Positions 1-9,890 of a DNA stretch of 64,000 bases are shown in pieces. Within the stretch, counting starts at the first letter, position 1. Each line of letters starts with the position of its first letter. This DNA comes from an uncultured Candidatus Saccharibacteria bacterium. GTDB lineage: Bacteria; Patescibacteriota; Saccharimonadia; Saccharimonadales; JACDBH01. The notes under the pieces were generated by a model. It was given only the letters and a program-made list of their open reading frames with translations. It was not told the DNA's origin and did no database searches. The DNA lies in assembly GCA_965231105.1 (NCBI GenBank), contig OZ246417.1, positions 576,908-640,907 of the forward strand. The letters run 5' to 3'. Made by a program: the position numbers and the translations under genes.

Positions 1-1
1 T

Positions 2-601
2 ACAAAGTCAGCCATCCGTTACGCACGACTTAATTCTCGACTCGTTAAATGGACCATGAGCTGCTGTCTAATTATCATTCTCATGCTCGGAACGGTATTT
101 GTGGGTGGATGGTATATCGATAACACTAAGAACTCATTAAGTTCATCGATCACCCAAACCAAAACTACCATTGCTGAGCAGAAACTTGATCAGACAAGGC
201 AAGAAGCCGAAAGTCTATCTCAAGGTGTGAAGCTGATTGTGCAAGTGCTATCCAAGGAAGTGCAGTTCTCGAAACTACTTCAGCAAATTGGTAAGTTAAT
301 GCCTGCAGGCGCTACCCTTGGTGATATTCAGCTATCTAACAAAGTTACTGGTGCAATTGACCTTACGGCTAACGCGATTGATTACCAGTCAGCTACACAG
401 GTACAGGTAAACCTCCAAGATCCTAAGAACAACCTCTTTGATAAAGTAGATGCCACGAGTGTTACCTGCTCCGATACGCAATCTGGAGGTTCAAACGATG
501 TGGATAGCCGATACAAGTGCCAGATTCTTATTAAGGCACTCTTCAAGAAAGATGCTGCCGTTACCTTTATTGGCTCTAAGGCTTCGGGGGCTACGCAATG
601 A
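2..601 (+). CDS. PilN-like type IV pilus assembly protein (5' end off-window)
   Basis: The reading frame stays open to position 2, so the true start lies upstream of the window. It has a short basic N-terminus, one TM helix (CCLIIILMLGTVFVGGWY) and a coiled-coil/periplasmic part. It shares an ATGA overlap with a PilO-like gene. The call rests on architecture and context only. Confidence 0.5.
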   Translation, partial: TKSAIRYARLNSRLVKWTMSCCLIIILMLGTVFVGGWYIDNTKNSLSSSITQTKTTIAEQKLDQTRQEAESLSQGVKLIVQVLSKEVQFSKLLQQIGKLMPAGATLGDIQLSNKVTGAIDLTANAIDYQSATQVQVNLQDPKNNLFDKVDATSVTCSDTQSGGSNDVDSRYKCQILIKALFKKDAAVTFIGSKASGATQ

Positions 602-1254
602 ACTCAAAACGCTTCTTCTTTGTAATGCTCGGGGTATTCGGCCTAAGCATTGCGGGCGGTATTGCTATGCTCTATTTCGCCAACAATATCTTAGAGAGCC
701 GTTCACAGAATGTGGTGAGCTTAAAGCTTGAAAGCAGAGAGCTTGAAGAACAACAAAGTGCTTATCAAAAGGCAAAAGCCGACGTAGAAAAATATGCGTA
801 CTTAAACGACATCATTAAGAGTGCGCTTCCACAGGATAAAGACCAAGCTCGCAGCGTACGTGAAATATTTACCCTCGCTGAACAGTCTGGCATCAAAATT
901 CGCTCTATCCAGTTCCCTTCTTCCACACTTGGAGCTAAGGCCACCGCACCTGCCGCTTCAGCAGATGGCAGTACACCAACAACACCAAGCGCTGCGGCAT
1001 CTGCTACCGCCATAACACAAGCAAAGCCAGTAGATGGCCTTAAAGGTGTTTACGGTATCGAAACAATCGTTACCCCGTATGCTGATAATGATGATTACCG
1101 AGTTACCTATTCTCAGCTTATTGAGTTCCTGGAACGCATAGAATCAAATCGCCGCGCTATGCAAGTCTCGAGTATTCAGTTAACTCCCCTCGGGCAAGAT
1201 GAATCAGATTCCATATCATTCGTATTAGTACTTAATATATTTATAAAGCCATGA
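598..1254 (+). CDS. PilO-like type IV pilus assembly protein
   Basis: N-terminal TM (FFFVMLGVFGLSIAGGIAMLYF), a coiled-coil (LESRELEEQQSAYQKAKADVEKY) and a C-terminal globular part. ATGA overlaps occur at both ends (598 and 1251). Confidence 0.5.
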   Translation: MNSKRFFFVMLGVFGLSIAGGIAMLYFANNILESRSQNVVSLKLESRELEEQQSAYQKAKADVEKYAYLNDIIKSALPQDKDQARSVREIFTLAEQSGIKIRSIQFPSSTLGAKATAPAASADGSTPTTPSAAASATAITQAKPVDGLKGVYGIETIVTPYADNDDYRVTYSQLIEFLERIESNRRAMQVSSIQLTPLGQDESDSISFVLVLNIFIKP

Positions 1255-1550
1255 AAAAATTAGATACCACTGCACTCACCACTAAACTTCGTCCTCTTAC
1301 TAACTTTCTAAAGAAAGACTACGTTGGTATTTTCCTAGCGATTATTGCGCTCGTCTTCGGCTTCTTAATTTGGCGAATTGGTAATCTTGCCGGCGCCGAA
1401 CCAACCGATGATGCTATAACTGAAAAGCTCCAGACGGTCGTGCGTCCTCGTATTGATCCAGATAGCATTAAGCAGATTGAAGAACTTAGGGCGCAGAACA
1501 TCAATATCGAATCGTACTTTACCGATCGAGATAATCCGTTCCAAGAGTAG
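1251..1550 (+). CDS. small single-TM protein translationally coupled to the PilN/O-like genes
   Basis: 99-aa ORF whose start overlaps the upstream stop (ATGA). It has one TM helix (GIFLAIIALVFGFLIW). No recognisable family. Confidence 0.5.
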   Translation: MKKLDTTALTTKLRPLTNFLKKDYVGIFLAIIALVFGFLIWRIGNLAGAEPTDDAITEKLQTVVRPRIDPDSIKQIEELRAQNINIESYFTDRDNPFQE

Positions 1551-1552
1551 AT

Positions 1553-2185
1553 TTAGTTGCCGTATTGAACAAGGTTGCGCTCGTGAGCGCCTACTATAGC
1601 GCGTGATTTTTCGTAAGGGTTTGGCACAAAGGAAAAGGTGTAGTTCTGCTGCTCACCGGCAGTTTCTACAATGAGGGTTCCATAGTTAAAAATATGAGCT
1701 AAAATACCGTTCTGTCTTACCGTAACATCCTGAACATCGCCGATAGAAAGCTGGGACACCTTACGATGGAAGAGACTGGTATAGAGCACCTGAGCAATCT
1801 TCTCACTCGTTACATAAATCACATTGCTGACATATAAGAATATACCGATAAACATCCCTACTAATGCAAAAAAGGTAAGCAGGAATGATACGGCCACGAT
1901 TGCACCACGCATTTGGTTAAAGCCGGTACCACCAAGGAGCTTATCTAAATCGGTCGCTGCTACCGCAATCCCTACGATAAGGGTAACAACAGTAACTAAG
2001 ATACCGGTGAATAAAATAGCGATGAGACCAATAGGGTGTTTGCGGATTTCTTCAACCAATTCTTCGTTGGTATCAAATTCTATAAGTTTAAAGTGACGAC
2101 GTCCTTCTGGTGAAAGTCGCTGGCTGGCTTGTTCTCTGTGTGCCGCCTCAAGTTGTTGTTGCTTTTGATCCATCGCGTCTCTCAT
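1553..2185 (-). CDS. bacterial PH (bPH_2/YdbS-YdbT-like) domain membrane protein
   Basis: Two TM helices are followed by IYVTSEKIAQV...LSIGDVQDVTVRQNGILAHIFNYGTLIVETAG, typical of bPH_2 domains. It shares a TAATG overlap with ruvB. Confidence 0.6.
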   Translation of the reverse strand: MRDAMDQKQQQLEAAHREQASQRLSPEGRRHFKLIEFDTNEELVEEIRKHPIGLIAILFTGILVTVVTLIVGIAVAATDLDKLLGGTGFNQMRGAIVAVSFLLTFFALVGMFIGIFLYVSNVIYVTSEKIAQVLYTSLFHRKVSQLSIGDVQDVTVRQNGILAHIFNYGTLIVETAGEQQNYTFSFVPNPYEKSRAIVGAHERNLVQYGN

Positions 2186-3219
2186 TATAACAGGGACTCT
2201 TGGTCTTTTTTATCTTTCTTTGGATGTTTCTTAAGGTGTTCGTGTGCCTTATATGTCGTCTTACGTCCTCGGGGTGTGCGTTCAAGTAAGCCGATTTGCA
2301 TAAGATACGGCTCGTAAAAGTCTTCAATGGTACTTCGTTCTTCTGCTGTCAAGGCAGCAAGCGTATCAAGCCCCACGGGACCACCATCATAGTTTTCAAT
2401 AATAGCGTTTAAAAGCATTCTGTCCGCTGGATCTAGCCCAAGTTCATCAATCTCAAGCAAGCCTAAGGCTCGGAGATTTATATTAGTATCGATAATGCCG
2501 TCGCCGTTTACATCCGCATAATCTCGTACACGCTTGAGTAGGCGATTAGCAATGCGCGGTGTCAAACGGGCTCGTTTAGCAAGCTCCTCTGCTGCATCCT
2601 GATTGATCTTAACGCCCAAAATATCTGCTGCCCTGCTAATAATCTGTTCTATTTCTGCAGGTGTATAAAACTCTAGACGATGCAGCATACCAAAACGATC
2701 TCTCAGTGGTGCGGCCAAGTTTCCGGTACGGGTTGTAGCTCCAATGAGAGTAAATTTGGGCAGGTCTAAACGTAGACTACGTGCTGACGGTCCTTTGCCA
2801 AGCATGATATCTAAACGAAAATCTTCCATCGCACTATACAGCACCTCTTCAACCGAACGGTTTAAGCGATGGATTTCATCAATGAATAAAATGTCACCGT
2901 CACTTAAGTTAGTGAGCAGGCTCGCAAGATCACCGGCCCTTTCTATGGCAGGGCCTGAGGTTACACGAATGTTCGCGCCCATCTCGTTCGCAATAACTGT
3001 TGCCATGGTAGTCTTACCTAAGCCGGGAGGGCCATACAAAAGTACATGATCAATTGGTTCGCCTCGTTTCTTGGCAGCATCAATTGCAAGTTTTAAGTTC
3101 TGCTTGATTCGTTCCTGTCCGATATAGTTAGCAAAATCTCGAGGACGTAGCGTTATTTCCAGTTCTGCTTCGACGGGATCTTCTTCTGCTGAGGTCGCAA
3201 TAATTCTTTCTATTGCCAC
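2185..3219 (-). CDS. ruvB: Holliday junction branch migration helicase RuvB
   Basis: [16 protein letters not shown], Walker [10 protein letters not shown], Walker [11 protein letters not shown] and a winged-helix C-terminus. GTG start overlaps the ruvA stop (TAGTG). Confidence 0.95.
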   Translation of the reverse strand: MAIERIIATSAEEDPVEAELEITLRPRDFANYIGQERIKQNLKLAIDAAKKRGEPIDHVLLYGPPGLGKTTMATVIANEMGANIRVTSGPAIERAGDLASLLTNLSDGDILFIDEIHRLNRSVEEVLYSAMEDFRLDIMLGKGPSARSLRLDLPKFTLIGATTRTGNLAAPLRDRFGMLHRLEFYTPAEIEQIISRAADILGVKINQDAAEELAKRARLTPRIANRLLKRVRDYADVNGDGIIDTNINLRALGLLEIDELGLDPADRMLLNAIIENYDGGPVGLDTLAALTAEERSTIEDFYEPYLMQIGLLERTPRGRKTTYKAHEHLKKHPKKDKKDQESLL

Positions 3220-3797
3220 TATTTCTGCCCTTTGAGCGCGTGCTTTATTCTCGTTTCAGTCGGTAGTTTCGCATCAATATCTTTTAACGCGAGTCCTGCA
3301 TCTTGGGCCGAGTAACCTAGAGCTATTAGTGCCTGTACAGCTTCATCGTTTGCAGCCCCTGGTGCCTGCAGGAAAGTTGTCGCATCTTCACTCGCTACAA
3401 GACCTACTTTATCTTTAAGCTCCACAACCACACGCTCCGCTACCCGCTTTCCTACGCCGCTCGCAGCCTGAATGAACTTTAAATTACCTTCTGCGATAGC
3501 GAGACGAACATCATTTGTGTTGCCAAGACTTAAAATACTAAGCGCCATCTTTGGCCCTACGCCATTTACGCCGAGAAGTAATTCGAATAATGATTTAGCT
3601 TCGAGATGTGCGAATCCATATAGATCATGCGCGTTCTCGCGGATGTGTTCGTGCACATAGAGCTTAACTGATTGCCCAGTGCTTAATGAAGCGAAGTCGT
3701 CAACAGACATTAATACGCCGTAGCCGACACCGGCTACATCAATAACAACCTCTTCCCCCAGTTTTTCGGCAATAACGCCAGATAATGTCGCAATCAT
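3219..3797 (-). CDS. ruvA: Holliday junction DNA-binding protein RuvA
   Basis: MIATLSG...[12 protein letters not shown]-fold start, HhH region [13 protein letters not shown]...[12 protein letters not shown], and C-terminal domain III. Immediately upstream of ruvB. Confidence 0.9.
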   Translation of the reverse strand: MIATLSGVIAEKLGEEVVIDVAGVGYGVLMSVDDFASLSTGQSVKLYVHEHIRENAHDLYGFAHLEAKSLFELLLGVNGVGPKMALSILSLGNTNDVRLAIAEGNLKFIQAASGVGKRVAERVVVELKDKVGLVASEDATTFLQAPGAANDEAVQALIALGYSAQDAGLALKDIDAKLPTETRIKHALKGQK

Positions 3798-3821
3798 GTA
3801 CGACCTATTATCTCACACTTC

Positions 3822-4736
3822 TTATGCTGATGTATGGGGGCGATGGCCTGATTTATTAACTTCGTTAGCAGTGATCATAGCGTTACGCATTTGCTCAGCA
3901 AGATCACCCATGCCAGCTGGTGAGTGCGGAATAAGGATCGTATTTGATTTGCCCGTAAGGCCAATATCTTTAATGGTGTCGAAGTACTGGGTCATCATGA
4001 CAAGATTCATGACATCCTGTGCATTTGCTCCCTGTACTGTTTGCGCAAAGTTCTCAACAGAATCCTTAAGGCCTTCAATAATAGCTCGGCGCTGGTTGGC
4101 AATACCCTGTCCTTGTAAGGCTTTACTTTCAGCTTCACCTTCAGCAGCTTTCACCACACGAATCTTATCTGCTTCAGCCTGTTCAACAGCAGCAGCACGA
4201 AGACGCTGAGCAGCGTTAATCTCGTTCATACTCTGCTTAACTTTGGCATCCGGATCAATATCAGTTACAAGCGCTTTAACAATACCGTATCCAAAGTCAT
4301 CCATAACTTGATCAAGTTCGCTTTTAACGGCCGAAGCAATTTCGTCTTTTACCTGGAAGAGAGAGTCGAGGTCAACAGTTGGTACACGGGCACGAACGGT
4401 ATCAAATACGAATGAAGTGATCTGTCCTTGCGGATCTTGAAGACGATAAAACGCATCAAGTGCTTTTGCAGGTAATACATAATACTGCACGCTTACCACG
4501 ACAAACACGAATACGTTATCTTTCGTCTTAGTTTCTACCCGCACATCAAGCTGCTGCACGCGTAAAGATAGACGCCCGGCAATTCGATCGATAAACGGAA
4601 TTTTAAAGTTAAGACCTGCTGATGAAACTTTTTTAAACCTTCCAAACCGTTCAACAATTGCTGCAGTCTGTTGTTTTACCGTAAAGAGACCGCTCGCTAA
4701 AAGAATGAGCAGCGCGATCACAATTATATAGACCAT
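3822..4736 (-). CDS. SPFH/band-7 (stomatin/prohibitin-like) membrane protein
   Basis: N-terminal TM, then VKQQTAAIVERFGRF...GLNFKIPFID, and a C-terminal Ala/Glu-rich coiled coil (AQRLRAAAVEQAEADKIRVVKAAEGEAE). Confidence 0.85.
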   Translation of the reverse strand: MVYIIVIALLILLASGLFTVKQQTAAIVERFGRFKKVSSAGLNFKIPFIDRIAGRLSLRVQQLDVRVETKTKDNVFVFVVVSVQYYVLPAKALDAFYRLQDPQGQITSFVFDTVRARVPTVDLDSLFQVKDEIASAVKSELDQVMDDFGYGIVKALVTDIDPDAKVKQSMNEINAAQRLRAAAVEQAEADKIRVVKAAEGEAESKALQGQGIANQRRAIIEGLKDSVENFAQTVQGANAQDVMNLVMMTQYFDTIKDIGLTGKSNTILIPHSPAGMGDLAEQMRNAMITANEVNKSGHRPHTSA

Positions 4737-4797
4737 GAGATTCCTCCTTGAATACTAAGCGTAGTATAGCTCCCTCTCTGTAAAATAGAAAGAAAAA

Positions 4798-5271
4798 TTA
4801 AGCTGTTCGTGCCATAGAATGCGTAATGGCTGCCGCTAAGGCATCGGCGCAGTCGTCAGGCTTTGGCACTTCTTTAAGCTGCAATACTACTCGAACCATT
4901 TCCTGTATCTGTTTCTTATCAGCCTTGCCGTAACCAGTGAGAGCCTGTTTGATCTGTTGGGGCGTGTATTCGGCGATTTTAAGACCAGCCTGCTGGGCAG
5001 TAAGAAGCACTACTCCTCTAGCCTGCGAAACGGTCATCGCAGTAGTGACATTCTGAGAGAAAAAGAGCTTTTCTACCGCCATTTCATCAGGTTTCGTGTC
5101 TTTAATGATTGAGGTTAGTTCCTCAAAGATAGTATGTAAGCGCACTGCGTCATCCTCTTTAACAGGCGTGCGAATCACACCTGCATCAACAAGCTGAGGT
5201 TTGCCTTTGACCATTTCAATAACACCAAATCCCAAAATGCCCGTACCTGGATCGATGCCAATAATTCTCAT
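4798..5271 (-). CDS. ruvC: crossover junction endodeoxyribonuclease RuvC
   Basis: MRIIGIDPGTGILGFGVI start, internal EKLFF and a C-terminal DCADALAAAI motif. Overlaps the yebC stop. Confidence 0.9.
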   Translation of the reverse strand: MRIIGIDPGTGILGFGVIEMVKGKPQLVDAGVIRTPVKEDDAVRLHTIFEELTSIIKDTKPDEMAVEKLFFSQNVTTAMTVSQARGVVLLTAQQAGLKIAEYTPQQIKQALTGYGKADKKQIQEMVRVVLQLKEVPKPDDCADALAAAITHSMARTA

Positions 5272-5972
5272 GTGAGGTTTATGTGTGTGTTGACCACATC
5301 ATCAAGCTCATCAAGCGTATCCATAAGTCGCTCAATTTTAGCAGCGGTGTCAGGATCAGTGACCTCAACAGTGTTGTTGGGCTCATAGGTTAACTCGGCA
5401 TCAATAACTTCAAGGCCAGCAGCTTTAAGATTGTCGCGAACCTTAGCAAGCTCTTTAGGATCGGTATACACAATCGTCTCTTCGCCTTCTTCGTTTGCGT
5501 CTTCAGCTCCGGCATCCAAAACCGCCAGTAACGTGTCTTCACCGGTTCCTTTTACGCGAATTACCCCTTTGCGAGCAAACTGAAAAGCCACCGCACCCTT
5601 TTCGGCAATACTGCCGCCGTGCTTGGAAAACGCGTGTCTTACTTCTGGATAGGTACGGTTAAGATTATCTGTGGCACATTCAACAAGTATCGCAACTCCC
5701 CCAGGGCCGTAGCCTTCATACAAGACTTCCTGAAGCTGTGCGGCACTTTTATCTGATACACGCTGAACGGCACGCTCGATATTTGAAAGTGGCATGTTAG
5801 CTGCTTTGGCTTTTTCAATTGCCATCGCCAGACTAGGATTCATAGTAGGGTCTGCGCCGCCACGGGCAGCGATAGCAATTTGATTACCAAGACGCGTAAA
5901 GACCGCGCCACGCTTTGCGTCGGTGACGGCTTTCTGCCTCTTAATCGTTGACCATTTACTATGTCCGCTCAT
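5268..5972 (-). CDS. yebC: YebC/PmpR family DNA-binding transcriptional regulator
   Basis: MSGHSKWSTIKRQKAVTDAKRG...FTRL is the family-defining N-terminus. Confidence 0.9.
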   Translation of the reverse strand: MSGHSKWSTIKRQKAVTDAKRGAVFTRLGNQIAIAARGGADPTMNPSLAMAIEKAKAANMPLSNIERAVQRVSDKSAAQLQEVLYEGYGPGGVAILVECATDNLNRTYPEVRHAFSKHGGSIAEKGAVAFQFARKGVIRVKGTGEDTLLAVLDAGAEDANEEGEETIVYTDPKELAKVRDNLKAAGLEVIDAELTYEPNNTVEVTDPDTAAKIERLMDTLDELDDVVNTHINLT

Positions 5973-5981
5973 ACTTTGTAG

Positions 5982-5990
5982 ATTATAACA
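5982..5990 (-). promoter_or_regulatory. extended -10 box (TGTTATAAT) 9 nt upstream of the yebC ATG
   Basis: The minus strand reads TAATCTGTTATAATctacaaagtATG, with no Shine-Dalgarno between the box and the start. Confidence 0.5.
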
Positions 5991-6198
5991 GATTAGATTT
6001 CTTAAATAATGGCAACTTTTGGGCGAGCAATGTACTTAATACCCCCGCACCATACTTCATAAGGTCAGAGAGAACAATGGGGCTGACTATCGCTATACCC
6101 AGTACAGTAAGGAGCGCTACAATACCAAACCAAAAACGATACTTCATACGAAGCTTCTTGAGCTCAAAATGCGGGCTTGAATGCCTCACCCCTGCCAT
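5983..6198 (-). CDS. small membrane protein (hypothetical)
   Basis: GGAG lies 9 nt upstream of the ATG and overlaps the stop of the upstream gene. One TM helix (FWFGIVALLTVLGIAIVSPIVL). Confidence 0.4.
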   Translation of the reverse strand: MAGVRHSSPHFELKKLRMKYRFWFGIVALLTVLGIAIVSPIVLSDLMKYGAGVLSTLLAQKLPLFKKSNLL

Positions 6199-6202
6199 TC
6201 AC

Positions 6203-6925
6203 TTATGCTCCTTTTTTATCGGTAACCGATTCCAAAGAGCGTATAGCATCCTTAAATTCGCCCATGCTTAAGGGGTAAATAAGGCGTGACGGGAAGAAAA
6301 CCACGACACCGCTTGAAAGCGGAACATGCAAACCCTCTCTTGTTTCTGCGGGCGATTTAAGAGGTTGAGGCACATGCTGTTGAACATCGTTATCTGCGGT
6401 TTCATCATCAGGTTCTTCTTCATTTTCACCAACAGAAGCATTGCCGGATAAGTTTAAAATCCCGTTTTTCAGTAGCCCAGCATATTCAAAGGTACTTTGA
6501 ATAGTTTTTGCAGTCAGGCCTGCGACAGAATCCTTAATGCCAAACTTTCGAATAAGAATCGTGGAGAGCATGGAAGGCAATGGTTTGCCGTCAAAATCCC
6601 GTGCAACCGAACTAAATAATTTAGGGCTAAGAGCAGCCTCTCTGAGAGCCACCTCTTTTTCACCCTCGAGCGGGAAGATAAGACGTTGCGTCAGTGATGC
6701 CTCCTTATACAAAGCACCGGCTCGCTCCAAAAGTCCGTAGTGCACCAACGCCGCGATAACACGACCTGCACGTCCCCCTATTTTTTCAGAGTCCGATTTA
6801 TGTCCCATGGCTTCCGCTAGGGTCATTCGATCGTACGGTCCTGAACCCAGTTTCTCTCTTACTCGAGTTATTTTTTCAACCGCTTCCCTGAGATCGATCA
6901 CGGGATAAGCTGTACTTCGCTGCAT
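6203..6925 (-). CDS. hypothetical protein
   Basis: 240-aa ORF with a strong SD (TAAGGAGGgtaatcttATG). It has an acidic linker (ENEEEPDDETADND). No motif recognised. Confidence 0.6.
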   Translation of the reverse strand: MQRSTAYPVIDLREAVEKITRVREKLGSGPYDRMTLAEAMGHKSDSEKIGGRAGRVIAALVHYGLLERAGALYKEASLTQRLIFPLEGEKEVALREAALSPKLFSSVARDFDGKPLPSMLSTILIRKFGIKDSVAGLTAKTIQSTFEYAGLLKNGILNLSGNASVGENEEEPDDETADNDVQQHVPQPLKSPAETREGLHVPLSSGVVVFFPSRLIYPLSMGEFKDAIRSLESVTDKKGA

Positions 6926-7057
6926 AAGATTACCCTCCTTATTAAGCTATGGTCATTATGGCTCTATACGGCTTTAATTGTCAAGATTTAGACAGCTTTT
7001 GCGGTTTTTGTACGGCTCCATATTTTAATTCTAGAGATAAGCTAGAAGGAAATGCTC

Positions 7058-8482
7058 TCATTGCGAGACCGTTAGGGCCTTCCTGCGGGAAAGCGCGAGA
7101 ATCACACATACGATAGCTGCATACAATATGAGCATCCCTATAAGACTCACTGTCACAGAGAATTGCATATGGGGAACACGTGAGAAAATAGTCGCCATAT
7201 CCAGTACATAGGTCAGGATAATTTGAGCAGGCCACGCAAGCCATCCGGCAAGCGGCGCAATAAACATGCCAGCAAGGCCAGCAATAAAGCTTAGGAGCAT
7301 CGCAAGAGGAATAAGCGGAACTATAAAGACGTTGGCAAGTAAGGCAATAAAACTCGAAGTGCTAAATATATACAAAATAAAAGGAAGGGTCATGATTTGA
7401 GCACATACAGTCTCAATCATGAGGCCTCCGAGTAACCCAGGTTCTTTTTGAAAAAGCCTGGTATTTAATAGCGGTGCAATAACTAGAACACCAAAGAAGG
7501 CTAAAAATGAAAGATACCAACCAATATCAGACCAAAGATAGAGCGGGCTCCACAGTGCCGTAAGTGCTGCGGTAAAACTTATGAGTAAAAGTGGCTTTAT
7601 AGCTCTCCCGTAATACCACGCCGCAAGACTAAGGACACTAATAATGGACGCACGAACAATGGAGGCGCTTGCGCCGGTAGCGAGCAGGAAACAAAAGATA
7701 AGAACAAGCGAAGCAATGAGTGTCTGATACTTCGAGCGTTTGCCTGCTATACGTTTTACTGCCTGCACAAGAATGGTTAGGTTATAGCCCGAGGCCGCGA
7801 TGATATGTGTAAGCCCCACTACAGCTAACACTTCCTTTGTTTCTTCAGGGAGAGTGTCTCGCTGTCCGATCAGAATGCCAAGCGAAAAAGAAGCATGCGG
7901 TTCTGGAAGCGCGTTACCAAGTCCGCTCGCAAATCGACGAGTTAGATCAAATATAACCGAATGGGACTTTCCCGTAACTTCCACCTCCGCAAAACTTATA
8001 TATGCCACTAAGGAACCACGAGAAGGAGAGAACTTACCCTTTACTCTCACCTGATCACCTCTATAAACCATTTTCTCACCAAAACCACTTACGCTCACCT
8101 TGCCTACAAGTGACTTCTCTTCAGGAAGTTCAAGCTTCAAATCTCCTACGTTAAAACTGAGTTGCGCATATTCATCATAGACTGCATCACTTAGTGCAGT
8201 GCCCGTTAAGGTAATGGTCTGCCTACTAATTTTGTCGAGCTCACCTACTTTGTCCATGTATACTCCGCCCCGCCAGCACCCCAGGGCAAGTCCAAAAAGC
8301 ATCACTGCATACACCGAGATTAATCGTGCACGCCGAAAGCTTACTACAGCAAAGATGCCGAAGAGCCATACATACAAAATAGGTACGGGAGGCAGCTTCC
8401 GTGCTAACCCAAGCCCGACTAAAATCGCACAGCAAAAGAGCGTGATACGTGTCGTTCGGCGGTATCGTTTAACTCGCTCCAT
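7058..8482 (-). CDS. comEC: ComEC/Rec2-family DNA internalisation channel (no metallo-beta-lactamase domain)
   Basis: N-terminal TMs, an OB/DUF4131-like segment (LTGTALSDAV...YRGDQVRVKGKFSP), and a polytopic competence domain (VVGLTHIIAASGYNLTIL...). The ORF ends after 474 aa. Confidence 0.8.
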   Translation of the reverse strand: MERVKRYRRTTRITLFCCAILVGLGLARKLPPVPILYVWLFGIFAVVSFRRARLISVYAVMLFGLALGCWRGGVYMDKVGELDKISRQTITLTGTALSDAVYDEYAQLSFNVGDLKLELPEEKSLVGKVSVSGFGEKMVYRGDQVRVKGKFSPSRGSLVAYISFAEVEVTGKSHSVIFDLTRRFASGLGNALPEPHASFSLGILIGQRDTLPEETKEVLAVVGLTHIIAASGYNLTILVQAVKRIAGKRSKYQTLIASLVLIFCFLLATGASASIVRASIISVLSLAAWYYGRAIKPLLLISFTAALTALWSPLYLWSDIGWYLSFLAFFGVLVIAPLLNTRLFQKEPGLLGGLMIETVCAQIMTLPFILYIFSTSSFIALLANVFIVPLIPLAMLLSFIAGLAGMFIAPLAGWLAWPAQIILTYVLDMATIFSRVPHMQFSVTVSLIGMLILYAAIVCVILALSRRKALTVSQ

Positions 8483-8553
8483 GTACCGCTGATGATACGG
8501 TCTCTGCTCTCAGATGCAAGCATGAGCACAAGCTATTAGTTGTTTAAAGTCGA

Positions 8554-9288
8554 CTAGAGATAGGTTACGTCTTTAAGGTCACCGTTATTGTACCCAGTGT
8601 TTTCAAAGCACTGAGGCGTGAGTTCTTTGCTTATCTTAAACATATCTACAACCAAACAGCTCGGTATACCTTCATCGTTCATATTGTTGGTAGTAGATAT
8701 AAAGCGCCATCCATCTGCTAGCTTAATCGCGATAGACAGGGTTTTATCAAGGAATTCACCATCGGCACACCCGTAACCAACAAGCGCAAACCGGTTTGTA
8801 ATCTCTTTCCTGACTTTAAAATAGCCTGGTTGAAACACAGATTCAGCCGCTGAGCCAATTGCACAGCCCGAATAGCTGTTTTCTAGAAACTGTGTTAAAT
8901 CACTTGAAGCAGCCACGCCACTGACAATAACGTTCTTATCGCCCGGATCATTGATTTTATCTTCTTCAAGTCGAGGTAGGTTCTGTGCAGAATACTGCAT
9001 GAATGCTTGATGACTAGCATCACCCAATTTACCTCCTAGACATCCGTTGAACTGAACATTAACAGTAGTGAGTAATATACCACCGTTCTGTGAACACTCA
9101 TCAAACGACGCATATGATGTCGACGGTAGCTGGTTTTTCTTAAGCTCGGCAACCTGATTATTAAGTTTATTGACTTGAGACTGTTGCCAGAACCATGCCG
9201 TCGGGATTAAGGCGAGAAGAACAATGATAACTAATGCTAATGATTTACTTTGCCTTTTAGGCTCACTACTGTTTTGTGCAGGTTCCAT
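8554..9288 (-). CDS. membrane-anchored hypothetical protein
   Basis: N-terminal TM (LALVIIVLLALIPTAWFW), a coiled coil, and a Cys-containing extracytoplasmic domain. Confidence 0.55.
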   Translation of the reverse strand: MEPAQNSSEPKRQSKSLALVIIVLLALIPTAWFWQQSQVNKLNNQVAELKKNQLPSTSYASFDECSQNGGILLTTVNVQFNGCLGGKLGDASHQAFMQYSAQNLPRLEEDKINDPGDKNVIVSGVAASSDLTQFLENSYSGCAIGSAAESVFQPGYFKVRKEITNRFALVGYGCADGEFLDKTLSIAIKLADGWRFISTTNNMNDEGIPSCLVVDMFKISKELTPQCFENTGYNNGDLKDVTYL

Positions 9289-9312
9289 ATTATTCCTTTT
9301 GAAGGAATTGTA

Positions 9313-9873
9313 CTACCTAGCCCCAGGTTCCGGAATCCCAAATCTTATGCGCAAAGAAGAAAGTCTCGCATCAAAAGCTTCGACAAGATCAAAGTCGAAT
9401 CTCTGCGAAGCAAGATCAGCGCTAAGCAAAAGACTGCTTGCGGTTGCCGCCATAGCTGTTTTTCTACCTGCCTGGGCTTCGGCACTCGTATTCCCATGAT
9501 CGAGATCATGGAGATTTTGTGCTAATGTGCCGGCTGCTTCGGTAAAAGCCGCAAAATGATAAGATACCCGACCAAGTCTAGAAGCTACGGTGAAGATTCT
9601 TTGTCTATCTTGTTCCTTAAAGTCCAGTTCCGCTGGGGGCAGATCTGCCCACCGAGCAAATCTGAGTGCGTACTGTAAACTGTCAGGTGCAATAGCTGTC
9701 TTTACCGTCTCAGGATCTTTAAAGTCTTTAGCGAGAAGATCCTTGGTCAGATGGGTTAATACATGGCGAGCATTAGCTTCAAAACCATGAGGTTCTTGTT
9801 CCCATGCGCCCTGAGTAACATCATAGGTGTATAGATTGTTATAACAAGTCTGCAGTTCGGTTGGGGTAAGCAT
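9313..9873 (-). CDS. hypothetical protein
   Basis: The track ORF (to 9918) runs into tRNA-Lys, so I start it at the internal Met (MLTPTELQ...). No family recognised. Confidence 0.5.
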   Translation of the reverse strand: MLTPTELQTCYNNLYTYDVTQGAWEQEPHGFEANARHVLTHLTKDLLAKDFKDPETVKTAIAPDSLQYALRFARWADLPPAELDFKEQDRQRIFTVASRLGRVSYHFAAFTEAAGTLAQNLHDLDHGNTSAEAQAGRKTAMAATASSLLLSADLASQRFDFDLVEAFDARLSSLRIRFGIPEPGAR

Positions 9874-9890
9874 ATGATTCAGTATGTAAA

